Under the pieces are notes generated by a model. It was not told the origin of the DNA, did no database searches, and saw only the letters and a list, made by a program, of their open reading frames with translations. Both the position numbers and the translations under genes were made by a program. A stretch of 62,934 nt of DNA, filler included. It is 6 parts of 6 records of this genome, joined end to end, with 100 filler letters (N's around TTAATTAATTAA, not from the genome) between each part and the next. Parts side by side here need not be neighbours in the genome. Positions count along the whole stretch, not along the records: positions 57,796 to 62,934 come from SRR31156797_10999; 5 more parts are not named here. The stretch is one strand, 5' to 3'. Below, in pieces: positions 62,734 through 62,934 of the stretch; within the stretch, counting starts at the first letter, position 1, and the number at the start of each line of letters is the position of its first letter.

Positions 62734-62934
62734 ATGGCAAACATCACACGAAACGGCAGGGTGAGATTCTTGGTATGCGTCCTGCTCGCGTCATCTTCAT
62801 CGGCGGCCCACGCGCAGACGGCTGTCGCATGGGACTTCACGCAGGGAGCTCATGGCTGGGTGGGCAATCATTTCGTCGAGGATCTGGCCGCGACTGGGGA
62901 GGGCCTGGCGCTGACCTCGACGGGGATCGATCCC
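62734..62934 (+). CDS. Secreted protein, 3'-truncated
   Basis: GGAGGT RBS; signal peptide ending AHA-Q; WDF...GW...TGIDP. Confidence 0.65.
   Translation, partial: MANITRNGRVRFLVCVLLASSSSAAHAQTAVAWDFTQGAHGWVGNHFVEDLAATGEGLALTSTGIDP

Overview
This is not one locus. It is six unrelated contigs joined by five 100-nt artificial linkers (N44-TTAATTAATTAA-N44), so synteny across linkers means nothing. Taxon guesses below are inferred from composition and protein style. (1) 1-9889, low-GC, Fusobacteriota-like: L-fucose-isomerase-family gene, ROK repressor, metal-ligand-deficient M24 hydrolase, TctCBA transporter, phosphohexomutase. (2) 9990-19885, Arcobacter-like: cysQ, ugd, OlsF-like bifunctional acyltransferase, frameshifted HisKA_2 kinase plus response regulator, Fur-boxed TonB receptor. 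(3) 19986-28147, Bacteroidota-like: Mo-hydroxylase (IorAB/XDH family) with xdhC, mocA, moaADE, moeB. (4) 28248-51638, low-GC diderm, probably the same lineage as contig 1: two diguanylate cyclases and a ~15 kb LacI sugar regulon marked by six TGAAACGTTTCA-type operators. It includes an uncharacterised glycosidase-like protein, PHP, two GNATs, ABC transporter, porin, GH65 phosphorylase and beta-PGM, plus a 709-nt highly structured intergenic region. (5) 51739-57695, spirochaete-like: GH84, sugar ABC transporter and ROK regulator with two matching operators. (6) 57796-62934, Planctomycetota-like: mscS, ECF sigma with an anti-sigma fused to a pilin-like H-X9-DG domain, a ~570-nt candidate structured RNA, and queG. 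Best leads: the two structured non-coding regions, the operator-defined GH65 regulon, the sigma/pilin-like anti-sigma pair, and a shared FGFGKK N-terminal motif on binding proteins. All calls are by eye; no searches or folding programs were run.
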